Under the pieces are notes generated by a model, which searched no databases, was not told the origin of the DNA, and saw only the letters and a program-made list of their open reading frames with translations. A stretch of DNA of 63,682 nt, counting the filler, from Lenisia limosa (taxonomy: Eukaryota > Protista > Breviatea), in NCBI GenBank assembly GCA_001655205.1. It is 12 parts of 12 records of this genome, joined end to end, with 100 filler letters (N's around TTAATTAATTAA, not from the genome) between each part and the next. Parts side by side here need not be neighbours in the genome. Positions count along the whole stretch, not along the records: positions 40,614 to 45,915 come from LPNZ01001863.1; positions 46,016 to 47,810 come from LPNZ01001834.1; positions 47,911 to 49,377 come from LPNZ01004814.1; positions 49,478 to 51,048 come from LPNZ01008536.1; positions 51,149 to 55,554 come from LPNZ01009318.1; 7 more parts are not named here. One strand, 5' to 3'. This document shows, one piece after another, positions 43,369 to 55,470 of the stretch. The first letter of the stretch is position 1, and each line of letters starts with the position of its first letter. A program made the position numbers and the translations under genes.

Positions 43369-45787
43369 ATGACAGATGTGGCAGAGCGTTATGCTCATCT
43401 GCTCAACCCCATCCGCGATCTCGCCGCAAATTGGAATATAGACGTTGCGAATGAGTTAACCGAGGTTTGTTTAATGCTAAAAATGTTTTAATGTCTAGTA
43501 TTTGGAAGAACTGGACAAAATCACGATCACTCTTGACGGGCAAAACCGTTTGAACTTTGCCGAGGGTTAGTGGTGGTACTGTGTGTCTTCTTCCTGACTC
43601 TTTGGTTACAATGATGTTGTGGATTTAGATCATCCTTGAATTTGCACAAACTATAGTCTGGGTTCACTTGAACAGTTTCATATAGGCTCATATCAGTTTT
43701 TCGCGTTTTACCCCTGACTGGCATTTCTTCATCATTTTTAGCTGCCCTTGTTATTCAAGGAGCTACTGATATATATGGCAAGAAGGTTGAGTTTCTTCAT
43801 TCACTGCTCTACCAAGTCCTTGACTACCTCGTCACTAAAAAGTGGGTTAGCGTTGCTGTTGACAGTTGCCATTGGAATTGTTTGACGGATTATCATCGGA
43901 ATTGAATGCGGGGTTAAAGAAAAACGGCCTTTGGGATCCTTTTTTACAATCGAATTATTTCATTGATGAAATGCTTATTGTCTTAGGAAGAAGCAGGAAA
44001 AGAGTCGTAGTAGCGGTAGCAAGAATACTGGACCGCAAACTGACTTGCCTGCCCTTGATGACACTATTAAATGTAAGCACTAGTCACTTGCTTTTGTTAA
44101 TAGTTAATACTGGTGGTGGTCGTTCTGTTAGTACTCTTACTATATGGGTAAGATTATGTTGTGGTACCCCCTGATAAGGTTCTACGTACTGCCCCTCTCC
44201 ACCACTAGCTTGTTTCTGTTTTGTTGCAACATTGAATTAGTTATTCACAATCAGGCTGTGACAGCATTAATCTGCCTGATGACATTGATGCCCACATTGA
44301 AAGAACGTAGGCATCTTTTGGGGGGCAAGACAATGCTGAATAAAACCCTCAATATATATTCACAGAGCTACCAAAAAACAAAGCTAGAAGAAATCCATGG
44401 TTGCCAAGTTTTTTATATTTGATACGTACATGGAGTATATGATATGATACACTCTGACGATGACCATTACCATCAACCATATTCTTCACCATTGTTCACC
44501 ATCCTCATCATCATGTTCTTCATCATCCTCATCATGTTCCTAATCATCCTCATTATATTCATTATCATCCTCATCATATTCATTGTTAAGGGTCCGCACG
44601 TCGCAGTATGTTCAGCCGCCGCCACCGGTGGTCCTGTTAGCCAAGCGTGAGGGCCTGGCGATCACCTCCCTCATCTCACCCAACCAACACTCGAGAAACG
44701 TGAGTTACTCTTTCACGGAGTATTGAGATACGGTGCTGCAGAAGCGGCTGACCTGGCCTGGGCTTTGTTTTGTTGTTCTCAACCCTCGTGTTGTGGTTTG
44801 TTGTTTCAGAAATTTTCCGACTTTACTCTCCCCACCCCATGGATCATGCTTTTGTGGTTGTGTTACTGTTGACCATCTATTCTCTTATACCAAGGGCCTC
44901 CCTCCGGTCCGAAAAGACCGTCAAAATATCAATGTTTATCGAGAATTTATAGGTTTCAATCTTTTCCGTGACCGTAAGGAAGCCCTAGTTATTCTACTAT
45001 TCTTCTTCCTGTTCTTTCTTATTTTCCATGGTTTAAAAAACTGTTAAAACATCGATGTTTACCGTGGGGGGGGGGGTGAGTATCGACAAATGAAGCCCTA
45101 GTAACTCTTCCCATTATCACCCTTTTAGCAAGGTGCTCTCGTCAATACCCGAGAGGAAGCTGCTGATCACCGTGACTTCAGGCTGACGAGGTGGGTTGAA
45201 ATAGATTAGGGCTCCGTGTAGTTAATTTCAAAATTTGAAGTCAGACATATTATACGAGAACCCTTCCAGACACTTTGATCTCAAGTTTTGTCAATTAATT
45301 TTAAAAATTAATTGCAAGGAACCCGAAAATAAATCCTAGGATATGCAGTAGTATTGCCACTATGAAAAGTTGGGATGAGAATACTCATTACTTACAAATG
45401 ATACATGAAACAGTTTGTGGGGCTGATCCAATAGCAATACACAAAATACAGAACTTAGGGATATAATATGTATGTAGCTACCTGTAGATGCAAGATTAGT
45501 TGGTTCCCCATGCATGCGTATCAATCAAACGCATGCATGGAACCAACGTGTCAGTTGTCTATTTTTCTCATGGATTCTCAGACACCTTGCTCAAATAGTA
45601 GTATTATTGAGAGTAACATTTCAGACGATGCATTTTGTAATATTAAGAGCTTTGTCGCAATCTTTAATATAACACCAGCTTGACCCAATCTTCAATTACA
45701 TTTAACACCGCAGTGCCAAGATTCACTCGTCCGGAGCAGTTTTACTGGACTCTTCTTTCCCCCTCCATGTTCTCGAAAGCCTGGCCC
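43369..45787 (+). CDS. NCAPH2: Condensin II kleisin subunit CAP-H2, N-terminal part
   Basis: [32 protein letters not shown]|[22 protein letters not shown]|[30 protein letters not shown]; later exons ...HRDFRLT|[13 protein letters not shown] match the CAP-H2 DFRMN...HP.GA.LL motif. Confidence 0.92.
44894..44985. mobile_element. MITE, family B, in an NCAPH2 intron
   Basis: gggcctccctccggtccgaaaagacc ... cttttccgtgaccgtaaggaagccc|ta. Confidence 0.78.
45209..45324. mobile_element. MITE, family G (GGGCTCCGTGCAATTAATT-type TIR, about 116 bp)
   Basis: ta|gggctccgtgtagttaatt ... aattaattgcaaggaaccc. Related sequence at about 25346-25412, 41603-41720 and 46070-46232 (cacggagccc|ta). Confidence 0.6.
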
Positions 45788-46654
45788 GTAAGAGGGGCGA
45801 TGTATGGGCAAAAAACAGGGTTTCGCTTGGTCTGAAAACAGAGAATTTATCAATAAGTCTTCTCAAACTAACGATATTTTGGAACGAAGTGAAGCCACAT
45901 TCCACCCCCCCCCCCNNNNNNNNNNNNNNNNNNNNNNNNNNNNNNNNNNNNNNNNNNNNTTAATTAATTAANNNNNNNNNNNNNNNNNNNNNNNNNNNNN
46001 NNNNNNNNNNNNNNNGTTTTATTCACATTTACCCCCCCCCCTCTCTCTCTCTCTCATATGACTCATGAAAAATAATTGCAAAATGTGAAGTGAGACACAT
46101 TGTCATGGTAACGCCAGGCTCTTTCATTTCAAATTTGGTCAATTAATTTCAAAACAATAATTGCACGGTGACTTAGGGTTAACCTAAGTAAAGAGTATAG
46201 GTAAATTTTCCAATTAATTCCACGGAGCCCTAGTTAACCCCCATACGCTTCACTTAGATTTGCCCCCCAGCAATGCAGCTGTACATCCGCAGTGTGATCT
46301 AAATCTGAAGGAGTGAGAAGATGATGTTTTGAAGAAGTTGTAAATTGAGGGGGGCAATTGCAATAAATTGAGTGGGAGGAAAGTGATTAATTGAGTGGGT
46401 GATACACGCATTTCAAAACCCTTGAGAAACATGCGGAGTACATTTTGTTAATAGCTATGATGTTGATTAATATGTTGGAAAATCTCCCACAAATGAAATT
46501 GTGCAAAAAAAGGCTAAGTCGTGTGAAATTAGTGCCCAGGGCTGGGCCATGTTTCTGTCAAAAAATATAACGAAGAAGTGATATAATGGATATGATGGTA
46601 TCTGAGATGATGTAAAGGTGTGGACGAGGTAGGGTTTAGATTACCAATTAACGA

Positions 46655-46790
46655 GCAATGAGAAATAAAAAATATATTTTATCTGGCTGAAGCCGTCCAC
46701 ATCATCAAGCTTATAAGAGATATTGGATTATAGTATAATATTAATTCACCCAATCATTTCTCTGTGCACACAGCTTTCTGCGTGCCTTCC
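46655..46790 (+). repeat. Dispersed repeat family C (about 130-150 bp, no TIR seen), representative copy
   Basis: Core tatctggc(c/t)gaagccgtccacaccatcacgcttataagagatattggattatagtataatattaattcacccaa. Copies at about 16158, 16237, 21563, 34293, 36230 (rev), 38403, 39062 (rev), 42200, 46679, 58386 and 59155. Confidence 0.75.
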
Positions 46791-49272
46791 CAGCATACAC
46801 TCATAACCATTATCTTGAGTTCCTTGGAACGAGTCAGAGTGGGCTGTGATCGTCATTGATAATGGATCTTCCTCGCTGCTCGAAACAATAAAAACAACTC
46901 CCGTTTGTCTCTGGCTAACGTCGATGTTGGCGAATTGCTCTTTAGAAATGATAAGAAATTCAGAGAGCTAGGAGAGAGAATTGATAAAAACCGGCTTGAT
47001 AATGTAATTCACGTGGCAGGTAAATGATATGCAACAGGGGAGGGAAAGAAGGGATTGTCAGTAAAGAGAAATACAAGAAACAAAAATATTGTTTATATAA
47101 GGAAATTTAGGGCGGCGAGCCTTTTTTTGCTAAGTTTTTCGCGATTAATAAATACCTTCAGCTAATTACTTATATACTTCGACTCTTTGTTGCAGCTCTC
47201 TTGTCTTGTTGCTGTTTGGAGAGGCTGATTATCACAAGCCAAGAACCTTATTCTACCCCTGTTACCTCTCTTGAGCCTTAGAGAGAATATCCATTCAATC
47301 TTGTGCCAAGGGGGACGTCTTACGGGAAACAGCCCCTTGCCAAGGCACCATCATGATCAATGCCCATCTGCAAAAGGCTAACACGGGATGTACACCAGAA
47401 GTCAGGACTGTGAGCAGTGGTTGCGTTAGTTGTCATAGCTCTTTCCCACCAAGATGATAAACGGTGGCAACACTTCTTTGATGTTTGCATATTCTACAGC
47501 ATTATCCCATTTTTATCCTCAATTTTCCCATTAATTGCTGCTTTATGGTATGCAGACTATGGTGTATTAAGTGCGGACTATGGTGTGTAATAAGTGCGGC
47601 ATATTGTGTTTAATAAGTGCAGACAATGATGTATAATAAGTACCTTATGATGTTTTTCACACGAAGTATAATACGGACTATGTTCATAGACAATAATCCA
47701 ATATCACTGATACTTGTGAAAGAGCTTCGTCGAGATGCTCCCTTTTTTTATCGCATCTCTACCCGGGACCCCCTCCACATAACTAATATGTGTGTTGTCA
47801 ACCAACAGAGNNNNNNNNNNNNNNNNNNNNNNNNNNNNNNNNNNNNNNNNNNNNTTAATTAATTAANNNNNNNNNNNNNNNNNNNNNNNNNNNNNNNNNN
47901 NNNNNNNNNNATCAACTACCAGGACAGCATCTGCCTGGGGCTTGTCACCGATCTTGATCGGCAGTTGACAAGATTGGATGTACGAGGGAGTGGGGGTATA
48001 TACATATTTATACTATATGATATGTATTACAAATGATATATCAATATAGTAATTATATCATATAGCGATATAGCTACATATATATACATGTATAATTATA
48101 TATTATATGATATATATAGTATATACATGTAAATAATGCAATAGTACCACATATCATAGTAGTGCTGGATGATATAATATATTTGGTATAATATATAGTT
48201 GGACGTGGGGGCAGTTGACTTTTGTAGAGGGGGGTCGAGAGTTGACTAGATTGGATGTGGCAGGGGAAACGAAGGACCTTCGATGAATATAGAGAATATA
48301 GTATATATATCATATACATACTATATCATATGGTATTATGTATTATGTATTAAGTATGATCTTGTGATATATTGATATATTATATCATTACTAGTTTTTA
48401 GATGAAATAGTACTACTTTTTATTGTAATATATTTGGACATCGGGTGCTAAAAAGGTTCTTGAAACTGATACACTCCAGGAAAAAGTGACCTATGCGTCT
48501 CAATGGCCTGTCCCCATTCTGAACATTCCTTTTGAGGAAAGTAAACGTGAGGGGTGATTCTAAACCTTCCTTTTAAGAAAGAAAACTGCCTTTATGGACA
48601 ATAAATATGACCCCAATTATTTCAGCATTTTCCACCACCACCTGTCTCACCACCCAACAAAGTTGATTTTTGGTGTTTTTTGGTTCGGGTGTGTGGCCCT
48701 CTGCNNNNNNNNNNNNNNNNNNNNNNNNNNNNNNNNNNNNNNNNNNNNNNNNNNNNNATATGTATACAGTATATATATACAATTTTTCCATTTTTGTTTC
48801 TCAACTGTGTGGCCAACTACTCTTCTTTTTCATTATTATTTTTTCATCATTACATTTACGTTTTCCAATTTTACCCCCCTTGGGTGATCGAGCGGTGGTG
48901 GGACTCTTCAAAGGCTGGCTCGGACTTGTTTTTGTATTTTTGTCATCTGGCTTTTGTCTAGCTTTAGCGTTGGTTGCTCATGTTTGTTATTGCTTGTTTT
49001 TTTTTTGTTTTTTGTTTATTTGGAGTTCCAGATTATTCGGTTCGTGATTAGTACCTTTACGTCAATATTCTTCATTGAAATTTTCTTCGTTTTACCCCCC
49101 CCCCCTCCATCACAGCTGACGGAATCAATAACGGCGATGTGTTCGTGGAATCCGTGCCAAATCTGAGGGACCAGGTAGGGGGTGTGGAAGGAGTGACAAT
49201 ATGAGGGATTACGGAGGAGGAGGGGGGGGGTAATGGCAGTTTTGATATCTTATTTTCCCTGAACAACATTTT

Positions 49273-49367
49273 GGGCTTCACTTCGATTCGAAAAACACCG
49301 GTAAAATATCTATAGTTTTCGAGGATTTATCGAGAAATTCAGTCTTTTTTTGAACCGAAGTGAAGCC
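49273..49367. mobile_element. MITE, family A
   Basis: gggcttcacttcgattcgaaaaacacc ... gtctttttttgaaccgaagtgaagcc. Confidence 0.8.
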
Positions 49368-50341
49368 GCAGGTACATNNNNNNNNNNNNNNNNNNNNNNN
49401 NNNNNNNNNNNNNNNNNNNNNTTAATTAATTAANNNNNNNNNNNNNNNNNNNNNNNNNNNNNNNNNNNNNNNNNNNNTAGTATAGCATCATCACATCATA
49501 TCATACAATAATACTATTAATATCATATAATATCAAACACAATTATTTCCCCACAAACCATTTTTGAGGTAAGGTCTCAATAAAAACTGGGGTATTCCCC
49601 TCTATTAAACCTTGCCTATCCCCCACTCCCAACCTCTGAACAAGACACTTCAAGACAGACTCTCTGTCGTATGGCTTTCAAATCTTCTTCTGTTGTTTTC
49701 TAGGGGGGGGGGGTAAAATTGGAAAATTTATATCTAAAAAAAAAAAANNNNNNNNNNNNNNNNNNNNNNNNNNNNNNNNNNNNNNNNNNNNNNNNNNNNN
49801 NNNNNNNNNNNNNNNNNNNNNNNNNNNNNNNNAAAACAAAGGCCAGTCGTTTTTGCAGCAACTTGTGAATCGTGCCAGGACTTATTGCAGTTACTGTATT
49901 TCGTATCTTAGACTCAGAACCGCGCTCACCCCCAAAAAGATTTTGTTGAAGATGCTGAGATTGAGGGAGTCTGGGGATGACAGTGACAGGCAAAGAGCCT
50001 AAAGAGTGAATATGCTAACTGTTCAAAAACGTCTAAACAAGCATGTATATAAAAAAGCATAAAAAGGCTCAAAAAAAAAAGGCTAAAAGTACAAAAAGCT
50101 GATGCTGCTGAAAGGGGGTCAACAAACTCTTAATCAATATATAAAGGTAAATGGCCACGATTATAATGAAAATAATCCTGAACCATGCCCTTTTGAAAAT
50201 TGGATTCCCTTAAATAAAAATGACAAACAAAATGTGCCTGTTGAAAAAAAACCAGTTGAGGTATGTTTTGTTTAAAGTATTTGAGAAACGTGCTTATGAC
50301 TCTATTTAGTTCTCTATATTCCTATGATGAAATGCTCACAT

Positions 50342-50515
50342 GGGAGTCTCCTGCTACGAATATTCTGAAAAAGTTATCACCTCATCTGAAATAAAGCCTG
50401 TTTTAATCATTACCACCGATGGTGGGGCGGACCAATACCCTCGATATGAAAAAGTTGTCACTCAAAATATTGCTCTCTTTTTAAAATACGACTTAGACAA
50501 TCTGCATACAATATG
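50342..50515 (+). pseudogene. DDE transposase fragment, Zator/TP36-like
   Basis: GVSCYEYSEKVITSSEIKPVLIITTDGGADQYPRYEKVVTQNIALFLKYDLD resembles the KPVxIxxxDGGPDENPRY.KV....I..F...DLD block recalled from Zator-type transposases. Flanking frames contain stops, and a family A MITE sits at about 50570-50640. Confidence 0.5.
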
Positions 50516-51219
50516 ATTGAGAGGATGTGATGTGCCCTATTATTAAAATCAGAAATACCCAGCCTCCTAGGGCTTCATTTCGGTTCGAAAAAAGACGGAA
50601 TGTCTCGATAAATCCTCGAAAACTATCGATATTTTCTCGAGTATTTTTGGGGAATAAGTTACCCCCCCCCCACTTCTTTGAAGCAATGACGGCATTGTGC
50701 AGCTGAAGTAAAGGACATATGAGCCAGGGTTGGGGCAATGTACCTGAACGTCATGATGCAACCCGAGGTAAATGATAGGGCAACTTATGAAAGCTGAGAA
50801 AAACATACACAACGAAAAGTCTCAGTTATTGAAATTCTGAATACACCTCACTCACATATATATTTCCTCCTCTCCGAATATAATCAACCCCTTCATAAAA
50901 TGCCCCTCATACTTGGTGTCAATTGACGCAAAAGAAGGACTAAAACGATTAAAAAGCTGTTTAAACAACAGCAAGGTAAAATAGAAGTAGAGACTACCCC
51001 ATCCCCTCCCCTGTATTATCTTAAAATAAAATCACCCCGATACCGGTTNNNNNNNNNNNNNNNNNNNNNNNNNNNNNNNNNNNNNNNNNNNNTTAATTAA
51101 TTAANNNNNNNNNNNNNNNNNNNNNNNNNNNNNNNNNNNNNNNNNNNNTAGATAACATAGTTTTGGTTTATTTCCTTTTCCTTGTCACGAAATACTGATT
51201 ACGATTTAACTTCACCCCA

Positions 51220-54200
51220 AGGGAGTTGCAACAGTCCCATCGTGTGTCTGTGAACACGGCAGTTGTTCCTTGGATAACGAGTGTACCTGTGACGCTGGTA
51301 GGGAGCTGGGTGATAGGAAATTCCCTTCAATGGACAGATTCAGGTTGTTTTCCAGTTCAATTCTCCGTTTCTATTCCATGCTACGAATTAAGGCACTGGT
51401 AACCAACGAAAACTCACCTCATATCAGGCTGGAGTGGCTTGACGTGCAGCCAGCTGAAAACGGTTCTGCTAGNNNNNNNNNNNNNNNNNNNNNNNNNNNN
51501 NNNNNNNNNNNNNNNNNNNNNNNNNNNNNNNNNNNNNNNNNNNNNNNNNNNNNNNNNNNNNNNNNNNNNNNNNNNNNNNNNNNNCGCTATCCTGGCGACT
51601 TTGAAGAGGGTTACTACCCCGATATGGCAGCCTTCCAAAACGCTATTGTGGTCCTACAGGGTCGGTCGGGTTTGTATTGCAGCGTTTTGCCTTTATTTTC
51701 GAGTGAGAAAGTTTTTGTTCATGATTGCTTTGCAGACAACGGGAGTGACCTCTCCGCCGCCGTGAGGGCTCTGATTTCCGACCTTTACGACCGTAGGCGG
51801 CTAGATTGGATATTTACGTTCGTTTCTTTGACATTCAAATTTTAATGATGTCATCCGATATAAAACCTTAAGAGTAATGACATCATCCGATATAAATAAC
51901 TCAAGAGTAAAAAAACAACATTGCAAACATTGTGTTTGAACCCCCAATAGTGTTTATCTTCATCCATTCCCATTTGACCACCCCTTCATGGGAGTTGCTC
52001 AGATTATTCAGACGTCTATATTCTTCATCGATATTTCCTTCATCCCCCCCCCCCTCCAGGCACTGGTACCCGGGTGGTGATGATCATTGATGGAGCTGTC
52101 ACCTCCGACGCGGATAGATCGCTGATCGAAACCACCGTGACTGAACTGACAGGCCTCACCGCGACTCTCGTGAGACGGTTATTGATTGCTGGACATGTTG
52201 GGATGGCAATAAGGAGAGTAGGGGACGATGCTATGCACTGGATTGAGGAAAACGTTACAGTATATACATGTCAAAAATTTTCTATATTGTTCACAGCTGA
52301 ACGAATGATCTTCACAGACAAATCCCTCTGCCATACCCTTGCAACTTGGCACCGTTCCTCTGATCGAAAAGATCTCCTCTATCACATTCAGCTGTAGGAG
52401 AGGGTTGGAATAAGTATAATAGGTTACCACAGGGCTTCCCCGGTATCTATCGAGGATTTATTGGACGATTTGTTCTTTTAATGGGATTGCATTAAGTATT
52501 TTCTATACCACCTGTTTCAAACCCAAGAGTGCCAAGAGGGTTGATGTTGCTTTGATTTACAATAACATTCGCTGTCCCCCCCCCCCCNNNNNNNNNNNNN
52601 NNNNNNNNNNNNNNNNNNNNNNNNNNNNNNNNNNNNNNNNNNNNNNNNNNNNNNNNNNNNNNNNNNNNNNNNNNNNNNNNNNNNNNNNNNNNNNNNNNNN
52701 NNNNNNACTCTTACACCATCCCTTTTCACTCCCCTCCAGCCCTCCTTTCCAGCACCATAACGGAGGGTACTGGCCTGGTCACTGACGGGCCTGGTTCCGA
52801 TTTCGCTGTGTCGGTGTTCGAAGACAATGTTGGGGGTGCTTCACTCAACCAACCACTATGTTATTGAGAGGGGGGAGCTTCACTCAACCAACCACTATGT
52901 TATTGAGAGGGGGGTGTTCAATACAAACATATTTTGTGTCAGTTTATACTACAAGCGGGTAAAATGCAGGTTAAAGAGTCTTCCTCAGGAATTATCCAGT
53001 TGTTTGACATCGTAGGCCTCGCTGTTTGCTTATGTTGCACTCCACCTTCCTCCCTCACCTTCCGGTAAGGGGTAGTTAATAAAGAATAAAGTGTTTTTTT
53101 TTCGTTTTGGCATTCAATTTCACCTTTTAGCTGGATTGGTAACTGAGTACGAAATGTTTTTCAAGGAAATGCTGAGCGGTTTTAACTCCTACTGTGGCCT
53201 AGGTAGGATTTGTTATGTTTTGCAGAATGATGATGACTCTTACCAGCATTTTCTACTGGTTTTGTTTTCTTGTTATGAAGATGTCACCATCCAGGCCAAT
53301 ACCCCACCTCGACTGGGTGCACCCTCTGCCCAGCTGGTACCTCTTTTACCGCGGGCGTCAATTCTACTGCAAACTGTGGGGCTTTTGTTTGGTTTTGTAT
53401 TAAGCATTTGGTGATAATCAACTGTTCTTGTCAAGACAAAATCATTGTTAGTCAGTAGCACGCCCTTGTGAACCCCTATTGACACCTGTTAAACCTTTGT
53501 TGACCTCACCTGTTGACCCTACCTGTTTTTGACTGTTCAGACGCACTTGACTCTACATGTACACCTTGCCTCGGAGGCATGGCGTCTGTCGGTTCAACTG
53601 ACAGTACCCCGGCGGTCTGCGCTGCTTGCTTGGCCGATACGTTCGCGGGGGGCGGTTATGTTATAAGGTTATTCGCTGCGAGGTTGAAGGTGACATCATT
53701 GCGGACTAACATATACAATGCTAGATGTGTTGTTTGGTTGTGTTCACAACTAAAAACACTATCTCTCCTCACCCCCATCTCTCCTCACCCCCCCCCCCNN
53801 NNNNNNNNNNNNNNNNNNNNNNNNNNNNNNNNNNNNNNNNNNNNNNNNNNNNNNNNNNNNNNNNNNNNNNNNNNNNNNNNNNNNNNNNNNNNNNNNNNNN
53901 NNNNNNNNNNNNNNNNTCCTCGGGTGTCCATTGGACTGGGACGGCTTGTGAAATCTGCCCTGAAAGTAAGGGGGAGGAAATCTGCCCTGAAATTAAGGGG
54001 GAGGGAATGTTAGCTTTCCTAGACAACTTCGTGATAGAATATTGCTAATCTTTCCTAGACACCTTCATGAGTGTGAGTGTGACGTCCTGCACTAAATGCC
54101 CCGAAAATGAGCATTCCGCTGAGCGTGGGAGGGCAAGGGTTTTTGAATGGTGATTGTGTACTATAATGTTTACCATGTACACGCATACATGATATGGTTT

Positions 54201-55470
54201 ACTGGTGCACGCATACATACATATCACTATAATATACATATGTTGTGTACTTTTCCCTAAACAGTATATTGATATATAAACAGTAGGTTCTGCAAGATAT
54301 CCTTGGTTAAACTACATCATGAAGAATATAAAAATCCTGGGGTGGGGACTGATTCATAAAGGTAATAACCCTCCCATCCCCAGGAAGTTCGTCCTGCTCT
54401 GCGTGTGGTGCCGGCAAGGGGCTGTATAACCAGAAGTGTGTCAACTGTCCCCAAGGCCTTGTGTCAACCTCTGGGTGTGTGGATTGGGTGTCAACCTCTG
54501 GATGTGTGGATGGTGTGTCAACTTGGGATTTGTGGATGGTGTTGTTGTTTTATTGGAAAACCTTTGTTTTTTCTGATGCATTTCACCCATTACTTCACTA
54601 AAGAAATTCTAACCACCTCCAGAGTCTGCCAGATTTGCCCTGACGGATCGATCTGCTCTGTTGCCGCATCGGTCAGTGACAAATGTGCCCCTGGGGAATT
54701 CCCGGTCAGGAACCAGTGCATGGCATGCAAGACCGGATGGACCAGTTTCGAAGGTTTGTTGCGCGAGGGCTTTTTTATTTTGAACAAGAGAAATAATACA
54801 CTACGTATGATGTATGATATACTACATTAGAAATCTAGGTAAACAAATAAATACATAGGGATACCATAAACACATTACCATGCCTCTGCGCCCATTCCTG
54901 CTCGGGAGGGGGGTCAGTGGATATATATGTGTGGCTTTTTGGTTGTATCCTTTATCTCACGTAAAACAACCTAATAATCCCAAGTGATGGGATGCGGTGC
55001 TGCAGAAGCGACTAGCCTGGGCTTTTTTGTTTTGTTGTTATCAACCCTCGTGTGTTGTCAGCTAAGAGTTGATTTTGGGCTTTTTTTGTTTCATTATTTT
55101 CCAATTTTACCCTCTTCAAAGGCTGGCTCGGGCTTGTTTTTGTTTTTGTGTTTTTGTCATTTGGNNNNNNNNNNNNNNNNNNNNNNNNNNNNNNNNNNNN
55201 NNNNNNNNNNNNNNNNNNNNNNNNNNNNNNNNNNNNNNNNNNNNNNNNNNNNNNNNNNNNNNNNNNNNNNNNNNNNNNNNNNNNNNNNNNNNNNNNNNNN
55301 NNNNNNNNNNNNNNNNNNNNNNNNNNNNNNNNNNNNNNNNNNNNNNNNNNNNNNNNNNNNNNNNNNNNNNNNNNNNNNNAGTAGGTACGTCAGCCACGCC
55401 CTCAAGTCTCTGTGTGGCTTGCTCGGAGGGGTCTTATGCTCCTGTGACCGGTACGTGGGGGGTTGCCACT
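51220..55470 (+). CDS. Large cysteine-rich surface/secreted protein (EGF-like plus CxxC...CxxC ephrin-receptor-like/GCC2-GCC3 repeats), partial
   Basis: Exons: CVCEHGSCSLDNECTCDAG|WSGLTC (EGF-like); CHHPGQYPTSTGCTLCPAGTSFTAGVNSTANC; CTPCLGGMASVGSTDSTPAVCAACLADTFA; CTKCPENEHS; CSACGAGKGLYNQKCVNCPQG; CQICPDGSICS...CAPGEFPVRNQCMACKTGWTS; CVACSEGSYAPVTG. Confidence 0.75.
52838..52915 (+). repeat. Tandem duplication, 2 x 39 nt, just inside an intron
   Basis: gcttcactcaaccaaccactatgttattgagagggggg repeated twice, about 10 nt after the donor GACAAT|gttggg. Confidence 0.85.
54780..54880 (+). repeat. Dispersed repeat family D (about 75 bp AT-rich)
   Basis: gaacaagagaaataat...acattagaaatctagg..aacaaataaatacatagggataccataaaca.attacca; other copies at about 36440-36516 and 26345-26410. 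Confidence 0.7.
55000..55160 (+). repeat. Dispersed composite repeat F-E, representative copy
   Basis: gctgcagaagcgact..cctgggc...caaccctcgtgtgttgtcagc.aa.agagttgattttgggctttttt...ttccaattttacc. F parts at about 44735, 60535 (rev) and 63055 (rev); E parts at about 18150 (rev), 24105 (rev), 25778, 26842, 37324, 48863, 49701 (rev), 55800 (rev), 57890 (rev), 58622 (rev) and 62995 (rev). Confidence 0.72.

Noticed and set aside
44450-44585. His/Ile-rich ORF (44444-44650) and AT-rich ORFs near 48.0-48.4 kb
   Set aside because: Degenerate (ATC)n and (AT)n microsatellite tracts inside introns.
46800-47450. GC-richer frames with a CPICK motif
   Set aside because: Several in-frame stops and no recognisable domain; cannot be called a gene or a specific element.
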